Below are positions 1-13,000 of a stretch of DNA of 39,099 nt, piece after piece. Location of the stretch: positions 1 through 39,099 of the forward strand of contig NMRA01001216.1 in NCBI GenBank assembly GCA_002633005.1. Direction: 5' to 3'. This DNA is from Phoronis australis. Taxonomy: Eukaryota > Animalia > Phoronida. Each line of letters begins with the position of its first letter. The first letter of the stretch is position 1. Both the position numbers and the translations under genes were made by a program. Below the pieces are notes generated by a model. That model was not told the DNA's origin, ran no database searches, and saw only the letters and a program-made list of their open reading frames with translations.

Positions 1-106
1 ATAAAATTTTTTATAGTTTTTACCTTGATAGGATTACATTTCCATTTACCACGAAGAACTACCTCTTGACTAAAGACGAAACACCTTCAGAATTTATGGA
101 AATTAG

Positions 107-422
107 CATAGGCGGATTTAGCCCCCTCCCCTCCTCAGCTGCCGCAAGCAAATGAAGGGCCAACAGTGTGGAGTGTGAGGAAATATTGAGTCTAGGAAGT
201 AGGACCGGTAGCGGTGAACGTCCAAGTTGCCGCGGAGTGGCTGCTCTTTTTTTTTAATCGATAGTCGAATGGTAGATTTTCCTGAATGGAAGGTGCACTT
301 CCGCGGGCTGGCTCCCTCACCTTTTGGGCTGCTTACGCACATGCAATTGCCAATCACACCTTGCACAATGTCCCGAGGCAACATGTTGGACACCCCTTTA
401 TGGTATCCTAGATCCGCCACTG
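107..422. mobile_element. Non-autonomous TIR element (MITE); also present in the duplicate copy at about 1714-2029
   Basis: Ends cataggcggattta / tagatccgccactg are imperfect inverted repeats, flanked by attag on both sides (102-106, 423-427). Confidence 0.65.
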
Positions 423-913
423 ATTAGTACAGCCAGTTCCTCACACTTGCAAATTCGTTTGTGTTCGCAGCACTGCATGTTATTTGGGCATTGACAAATT
501 CAAAATCTGATTAGATGAACATGTTGCCTTCAAATGCAAGTATTGACAACCATGCGGCGTCAAATAAACGTAACATCGGCTTTATGACCGACTGTGTAAA
601 CTGTAAGGCTGATGAATAGATAAAGTGTGCATTTTACAAGCCAATTACTTATGTCAAAAGTTATATTAGGCAAAATGCGAGGTATATTATAAGCACAAAG
701 GCCATATACTTGGAGTATTTTTGTTTACACCTTTACAAATTATCAAAGAATACAACTGCAGTGTAATTTCAAAACAAAAACAAAGCCGACCTCCGCAAGT
801 GTTTACTTCCTATATAAAATACTCCTCCACTTGTGAAGACTCGGGGTCATTCTATTAACGCGCATGTCATCAAAACGCTATCTGGGCGCTAGATGTCGCG
901 AGAGTAAAAAAAG

Positions 914-1063
914 NNNNNNNNNNNNNNNNNNNNNNNNNNNNNNNNNNNNNNNNNNNNNNNNNNNNNNNNNNNNNNNNNNNNNNNNNNNNNNNNNNNNNNN
1001 NNNNNNNNNNNNNNNNNNNNNNNNNNNNNNNNNNNNNNNNNNNNNNNNNNNNNNNNNNNNNNN
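914..1063. other. Assembly gap (150 N)
   Basis: Run of n. Single n characters also occur at 15753, 38410 and 38929. Confidence 1.
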
Positions 1064-3899
1064 ATTTGTAAAATATGTATTTCGAAATTTGTATTTGTAC
1101 TCAAAATGTTGCAACAGGTTGAAAATTGTGAGTTGCACGTGGATAAGACACAGGGTTAAGTCAGATGTAGCGCATTTTGTGAACTAGTTTCTCCACTCAA
1201 TAATAGGCATCAAATTGGTTCTCAAAAGTTAGGTTATGCCATATCCGACTATGGTCCACTATTCAGTGTGTATGAGATTTTTATTTCAAATTATTCAATA
1301 ATTATTTTTATTCTTCCTCAGTTGTTTGAGACTTCATTTGTTCTGCAGGTGTCTGCTTTGAATAAGTCACATCAATGCTAACTAATATTGTATATCTAGA
1401 AATACAGATCGCTAAAGATGGTTCTTAGGTGTCATGAAACAATGTAAAATAAAATGAATCACCTGCAAACTACAAATCCTATGTTGTTTTCTCTGATGGT
1501 AAATACAATATTTCTGCTTACACTACATGTACAATCTATTTTTGACTTTAGGCTTCATTGCACACCATTTAGCTGTAAGAAATGAAATGGGACCTCGCTT
1601 TACGCTTATAAAATTTTTTATAGTTTTTACCTTGATAGGATTACATTTCCATTTACCACGAAGAACTACCTCTTGACTAAAGACGAAACACCTTCAGAAT
1701 TTATGGGAATTAGCATAGGCGGATTTAGCCCCCTCCCCCCCTCAGCTGCCGCAAGCAAATGAAGGGGCAACAGTGTGGAGTGTGAGGAAATATTGAGTCT
1801 AGGGAGTAGGACCGGTAGCGGTGAACGTCCAAGTTGTCGCGGAGTGGCTGCTCTTTTTTTTTAATCGATAGTCGAATGGTAGATTTTCCTGAATGGAAGG
1901 TGCACTTCCGCGGGCTGGCTCCCTCACCTTTTGGGCTGCTTACGCACATGCAATTGCCAATCACACCTTGCACAATGTCCCGAGGCAACATGTTGGACAC
2001 CCCTTAATGGTATCCTAGATCCGCCACTGATTAGTACGGCCAGTTCCTCACACTTGCAAATTGGTTTGTGTTCGCAGCACTGCATGTTATTTGGGCATTG
2101 ACAAATTCAAAATCTGATTAGATGAACATGTTGCCTTCAAATGCAAGTATTGACAACCATGCGGCGTCAAATAAACATAACATCGGCTTTGTGACCGACT
2201 GTGTAAGGCTGATGAATAGATAAAGTGTGCATTTTACAAGCCAATTACTTATGTCAAAAGTTATATTAGGCAAAATGCGAGGTATATCATAAGCACAAAG
2301 GCCATATACTTGGAGTATTTTTGTTTACACCTTTACAAATTATCAAAGAATACAACTGCAGTGTAATTTGAAAACAAAAACAAAGCCGACCTCCGCAAGT
2401 GTTTACTTCCTATATAAAATACTCCTCCACTTGTGAAGACTCGGGTCATTCTATTAACGCGCATGTCATCAAAACGCTATCTGGGCGCTAGATGTCGCGA
2501 GAGTAAAAAAAGTAATTTTGCGACTGGGTCGCGTTTGCGTCGCCGATAGTATCGGGTGCTGTCATCGCCAGTGACAACAAAGTTTAATATTGGCGAGGAA
2601 TCGGTGCCTGAGTTGCAGACGATATATCTTAGCAATTGAAAACTGAGACAGAACTGTAATATAATTAACAGCTGAGTCCTGTTTCAGAAGTTACGATTGC
2701 ATGTTGAATGGTATTTACACTGCTACAATTGTATTACTTTAAGCTGCTTTCCGAAAGTTTCATGATCTAACCGGATAACGACGTCGAGTCGACATTGGCC
2801 TACCTTTTGAACATTCAATGTCAGAGGGCACTGTTGAAGTAGTGCGGGAGGTGAATACGCAAAACATTATTACATGGCCGTATTTCCCTCGACAGATTCA
2901 ACGCGTATGGGATAAAACGAAATAGGGTAACAAGGGAGTCTAGAGGTAAATACCTATACCTAGTTAGGCTATATAGCAGCGAGAGAGCTGCCAAAATGTA
3001 GTGCGGTGTGAATGCCGTAAAATCGACCAAGAAACAAAATAGCTGAAAGTAAGTTTGTTATCTGCTATTTTGATATTGCAGAATACGGTATAAGTGTAGA
3101 CATTTTCTATTTTCCATTTTGGTTGTGGATTGGGAGATGCCATGCATGTGTGTACACGTGTGTGCGTTTCCCTTTCTTTTAAATCCAGTACATGCCAATA
3201 ATAATTAAGTTCAACCTAATAGGCAGTCCTCAGTCTTCGCTCAAAAATTATACATTTAACCAAGGAGATAAGTATAATACACTCCTTGATTTAACTATAT
3301 GGGTGGCGCACCATGGGGTTGGGGGGTATAGCTACCGTATTTTCTTGCACTAAGAAAACCCCGACGAGCATGTTCATATTATTAGGGAAAAGTAGGTCTA
3401 GACCTATCAAAAACTTTGTGTCGCAGTATGTGTACTTGTGCTTTTGCTTCATTTAGTTTAGTCATCGTATTTCGTAACTTTCTATTGTTAATCGCCACTT
3501 TCTTAGAGCAGAACATGAGTATTGCTTCCTATTCCTTGAACTGTTTCTTCGTGAGCACAGAGCATCCTTTGCTTGTTCATTGTATTTGATTAGTTAATTC
3601 GTGTCTCTCTAGTCTCTATATACATGTATATAACTTTCATTTGTATTTCAAGTAGTAGCTTCAGCATGAGTTGATTAGTAGGTGTTTTTCCCCATTTAGA
3701 GTTGTTCCTGCTCATGTAATGTTTGCAGTCTTCAATATACTCGTCAACACTGTTCTAACGAACCACCTCGTACACAGTTGAACCGCATTTTTCCGTGTAC
3801 CCCACACTTTGGTCAAGGAAGAAAGTCTCTTCTTGTCAACCAATACCAATGACGCACAGCCTCGCAGGCATCATACGATCAGTAAACGTGATGCAAAAG

Positions 3900-4414
3900 A
3901 TTCCTAAGGTTTCATGTCACTATTCCGAAGGTTCACTACTCCATGCTATTGAGTCGGAACTTACATGAGAAAAGTATTGTCCATTTAGTAACTATTTGAA
4001 GTGTGCAAAAGTTGACTAGTTCCTAAAACATTGATTACATTGTTTACAAATGAGCTCAGTTCCAATCACTGACAATCGTGAATCTTGATTCTAACTAACG
4101 ACTCATTTAGTCTTAACCATGAACAACATCGGGTCAGGATTTTGATGTATCATGGTTGATAATTCATCATATTCCTATTTCCTATTCTCTTAAAAATTCA
4201 AGTACGTACTCATTTTACGTATTCAAAAGACAAGCGGGCAATTTCACAAGCGCGTGAAGTCCGCGCGTTGTTTGTGCATCTAATAACCGAAGTGTCGTTT
4301 ATTTTTGCAGATAAAAGTATATTTGATACACCGAAATTTTAGATATTTTCGGAGTAGTGAACCTTCGGAATAAACCTTCAGAGTAGTGAACCTTTGGAAC
4401 ACTGGGCTGTTCCC
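3900..4414. mobile_element. MITE/foldback-like element with subterminal repeats
   Basis: Perfect 22 bp inverted repeat tattccgaaggttcactactcc (3921-3942 / 4351-4372) plus further degenerate copies of the unit. Outer ends are approximate. Confidence 0.65.
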
Positions 4415-5029
4415 ATTTCCAGAGGTGTTAGAAAGTTATGTAACACGCAAAATACAACCAGATAAAAATATTCAAGTCGACCATTCTCCGATTAAATTGT
4501 TCCGTCCGAGTATGTAATGAGGTGTAATTACCTATTTAAGCAGGTCCGGTTTCAAAGTTTTGCAGTGCCTGGGTAACGCGGGAACGTTCTCTTTCTGCAG
4601 CCCATTACATCGGAATTTGAGTCCCGTTCTTTGTGAGCAACCGCTATGGCATCCTCATTTCTGGTATAACAAATTCCGTGTGATCTTGGGAACATAGAGA
4701 TGAGACTCCTCGTTGTGTACATTGTATATAGATTTCCCTCCCACCTACTTAAGTTGCGTCAAGGCCCTTACCGAAAACTATACGGTGTCGACGATTGCAA
4801 AATATCAAATGTCCACCGTACTAGAAATCCGAACCACGACCCGCGCAATGTTTTGATTGTGATTAGTTGACGTCAGATGTTGACTATCAATAACAGTATC
4901 GTGGTGACAAAATGCCGGGCACATTCCAGAGTGTATTTTGTCTGTCATAGTTCATTTAGTGACCAGCGATCTGCAATCAATCACATGTGATTGTTTTTTA
5001 TGGTGCCTGTATGTGCTAGGGAGGGGGGT

Positions 5030-5580
5030 CTTCATTGGTTTCTGCCGTACCCATTACAAAGTGCAGTTTGTCTATCATGGGTCATTTGGTGTTCAGTGCA
5101 GTACTATTGTTCGCCTTAAATCAGCTTTGGCCGGTACCTCGAATGTCTAGTCTGTGTCATTTCTGGCCCCTTTGTAAGGCCCCCAGGGGTCACACCCAGA
5201 GTTCAGACAACGGCAGACATCCAGTTTTGTACATGCTGAGGTAGACTCTAAATGCACCTCTGGTCAGATGTTGGTACCTCGTTCACCTATGCTAAGTGCT
5301 CTGGGCTGCTGGTCTATCTTTTTAACGGGGAGAAGTCGATGGACGCATTACGTACCTCTTGAAGCCACAGTCTGACAACGTTACTGCAAGGTTCGGGTTA
5401 CGTAATCGCAGATTGTAGAAACCAGCGCAAGAACGTTTCTAGATACATGCATATGCAGGCTTTATGTACATGTGAAACAGGTGTAATACCGAAGAAGAAC
5501 AGGGAACTTGATGTAAATTGCAAACTCCCACACCCATATTGTATCTGAGTGATGCCTTTGCCTCTCAATTTGCTGTGAGC
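5030..5580 (-). mobile_element. Possible highly decayed non-LTR retrotransposon RT C-terminal fragment
   Basis: Frameshifted motifs (..SLQFTSSSLFFFGI.., MYKT..P..L.SGCDPWG) loosely resemble CR1/L2-group RT 3' regions; many stops. Confidence 0.3.
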
Positions 5581-6823
5581 CTCCCAGCTTGCAGACTTAA
5601 GTATAGGCAATCTTTAACCCTTTCAATTGCGGAATGGCAATGAAGAAAAACACTGCATGATTAATTTTTTTATGGCAAAATCGCAACTCACTGTGTACTG
5701 GGAAACTTTAATACATATTATAAAGCATGTCCAAATAAGGTTGCTGCGAAAAAGCGAAGAGCACGGTAACATGGAAAGAGAGTATCGGGGATGCGAAGTA
5801 CATATATATTTTGGGTAAATATCGCTGGATCAAAGGGTGCGTGGTGGTATTTCGGGGTTTGCTTGTTACTTGGAATGTTCTACAAAGTTTCATATCTTGC
5901 ATTAATTTGGAACGTCTAGTTCAACTTGACAACAACACACTACCTGAAACTAGATGGCACGCATATGTGCTAAGATTGTCGCCAATTGATCGTGACTGTG
6001 TGTCACGCCTGGTACTTATCGAGAAAGTTTATCGTGTGTCTATCTTTTACTCAAATAAAACATCAAGTCACCATGCCAAAATCTTAAGTAATATTTTAGA
6101 ATTTCGAAATAAGGCGTCGTTTCATAAATGCAGACTATACATTTCATTTTTTGCGGTCAACCGCGATTCGATTGCCCGTAAACGACATATTCGACCTGTA
6201 ACGAAACATGTGCTTGTGTGGACTTGTATGGTGTATGTAAATGGTAGACTGGTGTGATGCAAGAATTTACCAACTCAGAAAATTAAACCCAAAATTTTAT
6301 AAAAACGATGAATATGGTGCATTTTGGGATATACTAAAACAAAAAGTGTATGACATACGATCAACTCTTTGTTTCAATGCAGTTTATGTAAACCCAGCAC
6401 TGAAGCAGCGTTGATTGACATTGGCGCACTCATGGCCGCTTTCCGAGACCAGGTCGACCTTAACAATAGCTTCATTTTAACTGGAAAGTTGCATTTTTCA
6501 ATTCATTTTTTAAGTTACTGAAGTCATTTGCAGACAAAACACTCAAAAATGTTCAGTAGGGTATTGAATACAAGTTTACAGTGAGGTCGACAGAACACAA
6601 ATTTTTTTTTGGAAACGGGCTGATTAAAGTGGTAGAGATAAAAAAAAATGTCACACGATTCCTAAGAAACAAAAAATATACGCATCAAACAAAAAAAAAA
6701 CAGTCAGCTGGATTACACTGGCAAACCCTTGAGTCAGGTCTCACCACAGTTTAAACTACATGTATGTATTAATAAAGCGAAACAGGATTTCGGGTAATCA
6801 GTGCAATGGGTCCATCAGAGAGG

Positions 6824-7012
6824 TCAACCGTGTACCAGACCGTCATTATAATAGTAATCTTTCGCTTCAGTGCTCAGATGGTTACCACGGAACTTGTTGT
6901 AAATATGAAGGGCCAATCCAGGAAATAATTGTGTGAAGTACTTGAAAAATTCCACAGCAGACTCGTCGAAGAATGTTCTAGGTCCAGACGTAAACTGATC
7001 GAAGTGGGTTGC
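6824..7012 (-). CDS. KEN terminal exon with catalytic His (ATHFDQF...EFFKYFTQLFPGLALHIYNKF...GLVHG*)
   Basis: Acceptor cctattttcag; 189 nt ending in TGA at 6826-6824. His falls at R+5 as in IRE1/RNase L; YFxxxFPxL motif. Confidence 0.93.
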   Translation of the reverse strand, partial: ATHFDQFTSGPRTFFDESAVEFFKYFTQLFPGLALHIYNKFRGNHLSTEAKDYYYNDGLVHG

Positions 7013-10000
7013 CTGAAAATAGGTAATTTAAGAAACATGCAATGGTCAGGAGATGTTACAAATTCAATGCACAGTTACTGTTGTTTTCATCTTTGTTGTC
7101 TCTTTTCAAGTAATACATTGTTACATTAAAAAGTGTTTCCTTTACTGCAGAAAACCTGCAGCCTAACGCACAAGTACTAATAATTAAGATGTGATCCGCC
7201 ACGTGAAGACTCTGAGTTAAGTATTTAAAAAATCTGCCGAAAGAAACTTAGGAATTCGAGGCGTATGGGATAAATACAAAATGCACCTCGATTGGCATAG
7301 ACGAAGTAAAATCCCACGAGACATTATTTGGCGTATCGATCTCCACCTCCGGTCTCGGTGGATACGCGGTATAATGTATCATGGGACTTTACATCATGTA
7401 AGCCACTGTCGGTACGTCTTCTGTACGTCTCAAATGCATTATTTTTTAGTAGTAAAAAGAGGCTCTGTACAAATATGGAGAAAGCGTGAAACAAGTGTAC
7501 ATGAGATAAAACAAGTTACATCACATCAAAGATAATTTCCATAGGGGCAAAAGGCGTGGTGTCCAGGTACATGACCATGTTTCCTAATTGATGGACAGAT
7601 TCTTGGTAACTATACCTTGTTGCGTATCAATCTTAAAAGCGCTGTTACGGATGAGTAGCAGTTTAAGATGTCCACAATCCTCAAATCCGTTTTCTTTTTT
7701 CCTTTATTCTTCTTTTTGTTGGATTCCGTTTGATTTTCCTCTTTACAGTAGTTATCTGTACCCAGAAAGTAAGAAAGATATGTTGAGGTCGTGGGAGCAC
7801 ACACCACATCAAGGATAATTTCCATAACAGCTCAATGCGTGATGCCCAGGTACAACCAAGTTTCCTAATTCACGATTTTGTCACTTTAAACGGATTATGA
7901 TAATTATACTAAATTGTGCATGAATCTCAAAGGCTCCGTTACTTCATAGCTGCTTTAGCAATTTCCAAGATGAACCTCCCTCTGCAATTCGACTTGTGTT
8001 TTCCTTCTTTCATGTTTCTCGAAATAATTTGCACAGAGAAAATAAGAACAAAATTTTTACGACGTCATACACATATTTTGTAGAAATGAACATATAATAA
8101 AGAACTGAAAAAAATATGTAAAACGTATTGCAAGAGAGCACACTGCAAGCGGCGGAATGTTCCACATTGGTGGTTTTATAGGGGGGACGCGGGGGACATG
8201 TACATGTACAGTTGTCTTTTGTTTTCCCAATCCTCAGTTATGCATCTGAATTGTGAGGATTCAAAAAAAATCGATGTATAGGGTAATGTTTTGGTTTAAG
8301 TCCATGAGCCTAAAAGGGTATAAAAACACGTTACTTTTGTAGAAAAAGTATTAAGTATTGAGTGATATGCCGGGATCTCACAAGAGTTTAATTTACCAAT
8401 AACTTACATAATCAACACAAAGACATTGCATATGGGTAATGCCGTAAAAACCCTCGGAGAAGGGAAATATAGAATCAGGGCTCCTGGAACATAGGGACGG
8501 AAAAGAAGGGGTGGGGGAACATTGGTTGAGGAGAATAGGGACCAGGGAATTAACGGACAGGGGAACTGAGGTACGGTTTGTGCTGATAGATAACAATCCA
8601 GCAAGTGCATAAACGCCATGCAAGATATGTTTTATCCAGTTTTGTTAAAAAACATAAACCGTGCACTTTGTTTAAATATATGAGTCCGTTTTGCCGTACT
8701 GCATATAGTTGCATATAGTTGTATTTCACTGGTTAATGTTCTATTATCCATACTTCCATGTAGCTTGCATTCAGCAAACACAGTACTTAAAATTGTCGTC
8801 TGCACTGTGCTAATGGAGTTAGTCACCAACAAAGTCACCCGATATCACGTCAAATGGTAGTCATTTGAGTGGAATTGCAATCCCAAAATACAATTTCTTG
8901 CTAAAAAAAACAAACGTTTACATCATCACATACTACATATTCCAGAACAATACATGACTGCATGTCAACTTTTCAAAAGGTAGAAACAGTTACCCAAAGG
9001 ACTTTCTTGAGTACATTTTGATGACTGTTCAGAAAACACGCCCATGGGCGTACCTTTGGTTGGGCCTATTACGGAAAGTCTCGATAGTGAGGGAAGTGTG
9101 AGACCACAATGATGCACAGATGATTGGCCACCATTGCGGCCACAGCAGTAAAGACAAGTATTGTTTCGGTTCGAAACGCGTAGATGAAACTGGATGCCGT
9201 ATGAACAGATCATAGTCAATGCATGACAAATGAAGAAACACATATCGTAGAGTAACCTGCATAGATGGTTTACAACTATTGGGGTAACTAGACAACATCG
9301 TTGTAAGTACATAGAACGGACGTGAGGAACATATTTCGGGAAATAACATCAAATTGAGGGTACCTACCGTTTTCCAGGGCTTTACAAAGTTTGGTTTGCC
9401 ATCCCACAAAATGATTAGCATCCTTTCCCGAATTAATTTTTTCAGAAGCTGAAATGTGATTCTCTGCGTCCCCATTGACGTTCTCAGAAACTTTCTGCAA
9501 AGGAAAATTCGTCTACACTTTGAACAAGTTGAGATTGTACGAGTCACTGAGAGCCAGACTAAGGTTTAAGAAACGAAATTTCTCAAAACAATCCTGTGTT
9601 TAAATATGCTCGGTGGGCTTATATGAGAAAACCAATCTGCTGATGCATACACTTATAAAAATAGACTATACATGGTTGAGTCCTAAAACTGTGTGGACCC
9701 CAAAACGTGACTAAAATTAACTTTTAATAGGCATTTCGAAAATCTTACTAAATAATACTAATTACGGTGTTTTGGTGAGGAAGCTGTCCCCGGAATTTCC
9801 CAGTTTCGCGCCGGGTTGTGAGCTTTAGGAAGTAATATGTGTATTTTCACTTGACAATGTACGTTTTGTTTATTGTGACTAAATTGAGTATACATTATTC
9901 ATAATTTCAGAGTTCCTTTGTTTTAAAATACTTGTAGATCATGCACTCACATACGCTGAGCCTTAGAGGGCGCTTTAAAAAACACAACATTAGCCAATCA

Positions 10001-13000
10001 GGATTTGAGAAATGAAACCAATTTCCGGAAGTCAATAGGTAGCACTGAACAGTTAGGCTGCAGCCACAGGGCATTTTCTAGTAGAATTTATGTGCAGGGC
10101 GTATGTCGGGTTTGGCTAGTTGTTCGAGGAATTTCTTGAAAACAAATGCCAGGAAACTGATTTACTAATGAGAAAATCCAAGTTTTTTAGCCGTGACCTG
10201 CTTTTGATGTAAAACGGTGGCTGTCGTTTGCTTTCAACCCCTGTCGCCTGCTGTCCGAGAAACCGAGTGCGCTGTCGAACAGATCAAAATTGCCAGAAAA
10301 GTAGCTGGTAAGGGGCATACTATGACCACAATTTTAAAATCTAGAGAGGGCAAGCATTCCGAATCTGTATTTGGATTTTTCCTAGCACTTTCGGGGAAGT
10401 AGCAATTTTGGGGAGAAAACTGTCAGATAATAATTTTGTTTCCGGGATGTTTTGCCGATGCCTATTAACCGATTAAAAATCTGTGATGTGGGTAAGTTCA
10501 GTTGTCACGAGTAGTGCTTGCGAGTTAGGAATGCTACAAAACCCTTTGTTTTTCAGAGACTCGATTAGCACGTGAGGAAAGGGTCCATCTGTACTTCGAT
10601 GTGTGTCAGCAGCCAAAAGCCTGTTGTAACGGTAGTGTGCGCCCTATAGGACGTTTCGAACAATTGTGGCTCCCCAAAAATGAAAAAAAAAACTAGGTTG
10701 CTCTGGTTTTGCGGCAATTTTGTGGAGTATATGCGCACTGATTACCATTTTTGGGGCACATCCATAGACATCTTATAATATAGACCTGGCGCACGCGCTA
10801 CAGCAGCTTGACGCCATATTGGAGGGTGCAACTAGTCACGTGACACGGCTACTTGCCGTGTAAACAAACGGGGCAAACTGTCCTTTTCAAAGCGCGATAT
10901 CTAACAAATTAAGAGGCCGAAGAGTGTGATTTTTTCAGAAACATACAAAAACATGTGCTGTAGCTCTTACAGGCGTTTTTTAAGAGTTAATCAGTCGATA
11001 AGGAAAATATCAAACTATTAGAAGATTGCAACTAGTGGTAGATTTTCGAGTGGCCTGAGCCGCTGGACGCCTGTCAATCCACTGCAAGCGTTTTATTTTT
11101 TTCGTTTTTTCAAGAGAAACCACTAAGATCGCGCATCTTTATCGTTTAATTCGTATCGGTCGATGCAAGTATAATTATATCCAGGAAAAGTGCCGCTCAC
11201 TCGGGACTATCTTCGTGGTGCCCCAATAAACCTTTTCACAGAGTGTTCAGGGAACAATGACTCCGGGTAACTTTGTAAAACTCAATTATTACCAGAGTCA
11301 CTTTAATGGGGTCTAAATTTAATGGGAAGTAGTTTGAAAATTGGCATCATTTGGGTAATATAAAACTGACAGTTTTTTAAAGTACATTAGGGGGTTCTCC
11401 CGTTCGGTACAGTGGTTGTGAGCCTGTGATAACATCTAGCTCCTTTGTTAACTGCCGAGCATATCGTCTTTTGTCTGGTACGACAACATGCAGATAAATT
11501 ATCTACCAGGCTTATAACCGATCACATTTGAACACAGTCAAACCCAGAACGTTGGTACGTTCGGACAAAATAGATAGTCTTAACTTCGATTGTAGCGACT
11601 TTGGTGTTTCAAAAACTATTAGCTTGATGGGAAATTCAGATATGTCATTGGTTTATGTTGAAGAATTTTATCACTTAACTCATTTTAAACAGCACAGCCC
11701 AGGGAGGATATAAGATACGATGTTATCGGAGATTAGAGCAATTAACGAACAAAGGATAGCTGACCTTCCAGCCCTAATTGCCAGAATGGACTTAATCCGT
11801 CGTTAGTATAAGATTTAGGCTACGGTGGTCATCCGCCCAACTTTTTGTGATTTTCAACGGGAAAAACGTTGTAACGTAAAAAACAAAGGACACAGACTCA
11901 GTTCCTTTCCCTGCATCGCCCGGAATTGCCATAAACAAATATTCTTCTATCACGCACGGTATTCCTTTCACGGATCTGAATTCCCCCCATCAAGCACCAG
12001 GAACTTGCTGGCGTTTTGTACTATCCCCATACCGTGTGCTCACAAAGAGATCAGATCCGCCCCGGCACACATTACTTCGGACTGCTCCTATCCATCCCCG
12101 CTCTTAATCTGATATAGGAACAGCACGACCCTCAGCCGAGAAATTAAAAATTAATTCTTCTCTCACGCACGCTGTCTGCTTATCCCAACCCCCTTTTGCG
12201 GGTTAACCGTTGAATAATGACGGAACAAGACGTAGGGTCATCTTTTCATGGGCTGAATATTCTTATTTTTCTGTGAAAAAACTAACCGGGTCATTTTTTA
12301 CGGAGTCACAAATACTGCTACATCGGCTCGGTTGGGTATATTTCCATTCGATTTCGAATGGGAAATTCCGTAATTTGGGTAAAGTTTGGATGCGCAATTC
12401 AGTCGTATAGGTTTGATATTTTGGTTACTATGCACTTTACTTTTTTGCGCAAGTTTCGTCACAAAACAGAGAGCTCGTAAGCAATCAGTGCAAATCTAAA
12501 AAAATTTCCAATATCAACTTAATAATAATAATAAGTAATAATAATAATAAACTTTATTTAAAGAGGATGAAAATACAATAAATGTAAAACATTCTTTAGC
12601 CAAAGGCTAATATCCAGCCAGGTCCTCTCCAGCAAGATATATGTAAAAATTTTGCAGAAATTTGTTTGTTTTTATACAACAGAAAACATCTAATTTTGCA
12701 ATACGTATTGAAAAATTATTTTTTAAGCAGTATATATTTCAATAAAAAATACACTATTCACGTACATGTACTGATTTCGATGCCGCGGCTGGCGAGTAAG
12801 TTCGTGGAAGTTATTTTTTCATTACAAGTAATAATACATATGATTGTCAACAACACTAAATATTTACTTAAATATAATTAGCAAACAGCATCATCATTGG
12901 ATAATAGCATATGGTGGTCAATAATTATATTTTTAATTGGTCTTATGTGGTCTCAATCACCAAGACTGATGTGGAAATAACGCATACAGTCGCTCCCGTT

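Larger units (their letters stand above)
1..2512. repeat. Near-identical ~0.9 kb direct duplication (1-913 and 1608-2512) on either side of an assembly gap
   Basis: Copies differ by scattered SNPs and small indels (including one of 8 nt); the first copy ends exactly at the N run. Confidence 0.95.

Noticed and set aside
118-420. 100-aa ORF and its 91-aa twin at 1725-2000
   Set aside because: Both lie wholly inside the duplicated MITE; no domain features.
864-1187. ORFs spanning the N run
   Set aside because: Artefacts of the assembly gap.
7262-7275. U12-type AT-AC intron suggested by the ...cccatac acceptor
   Set aside because: No RTATCCTT donor or TCCTTAAC branch point nearby.
9029-9547. 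172-aa minus ORF as a stand-alone gene
   Set aside because: Overlaps KEN exon 1 in another frame and is otherwise intronic. Its PQWWPIICASL likeness to VGWQTKLCKAL is too short to call a duplicate exon.
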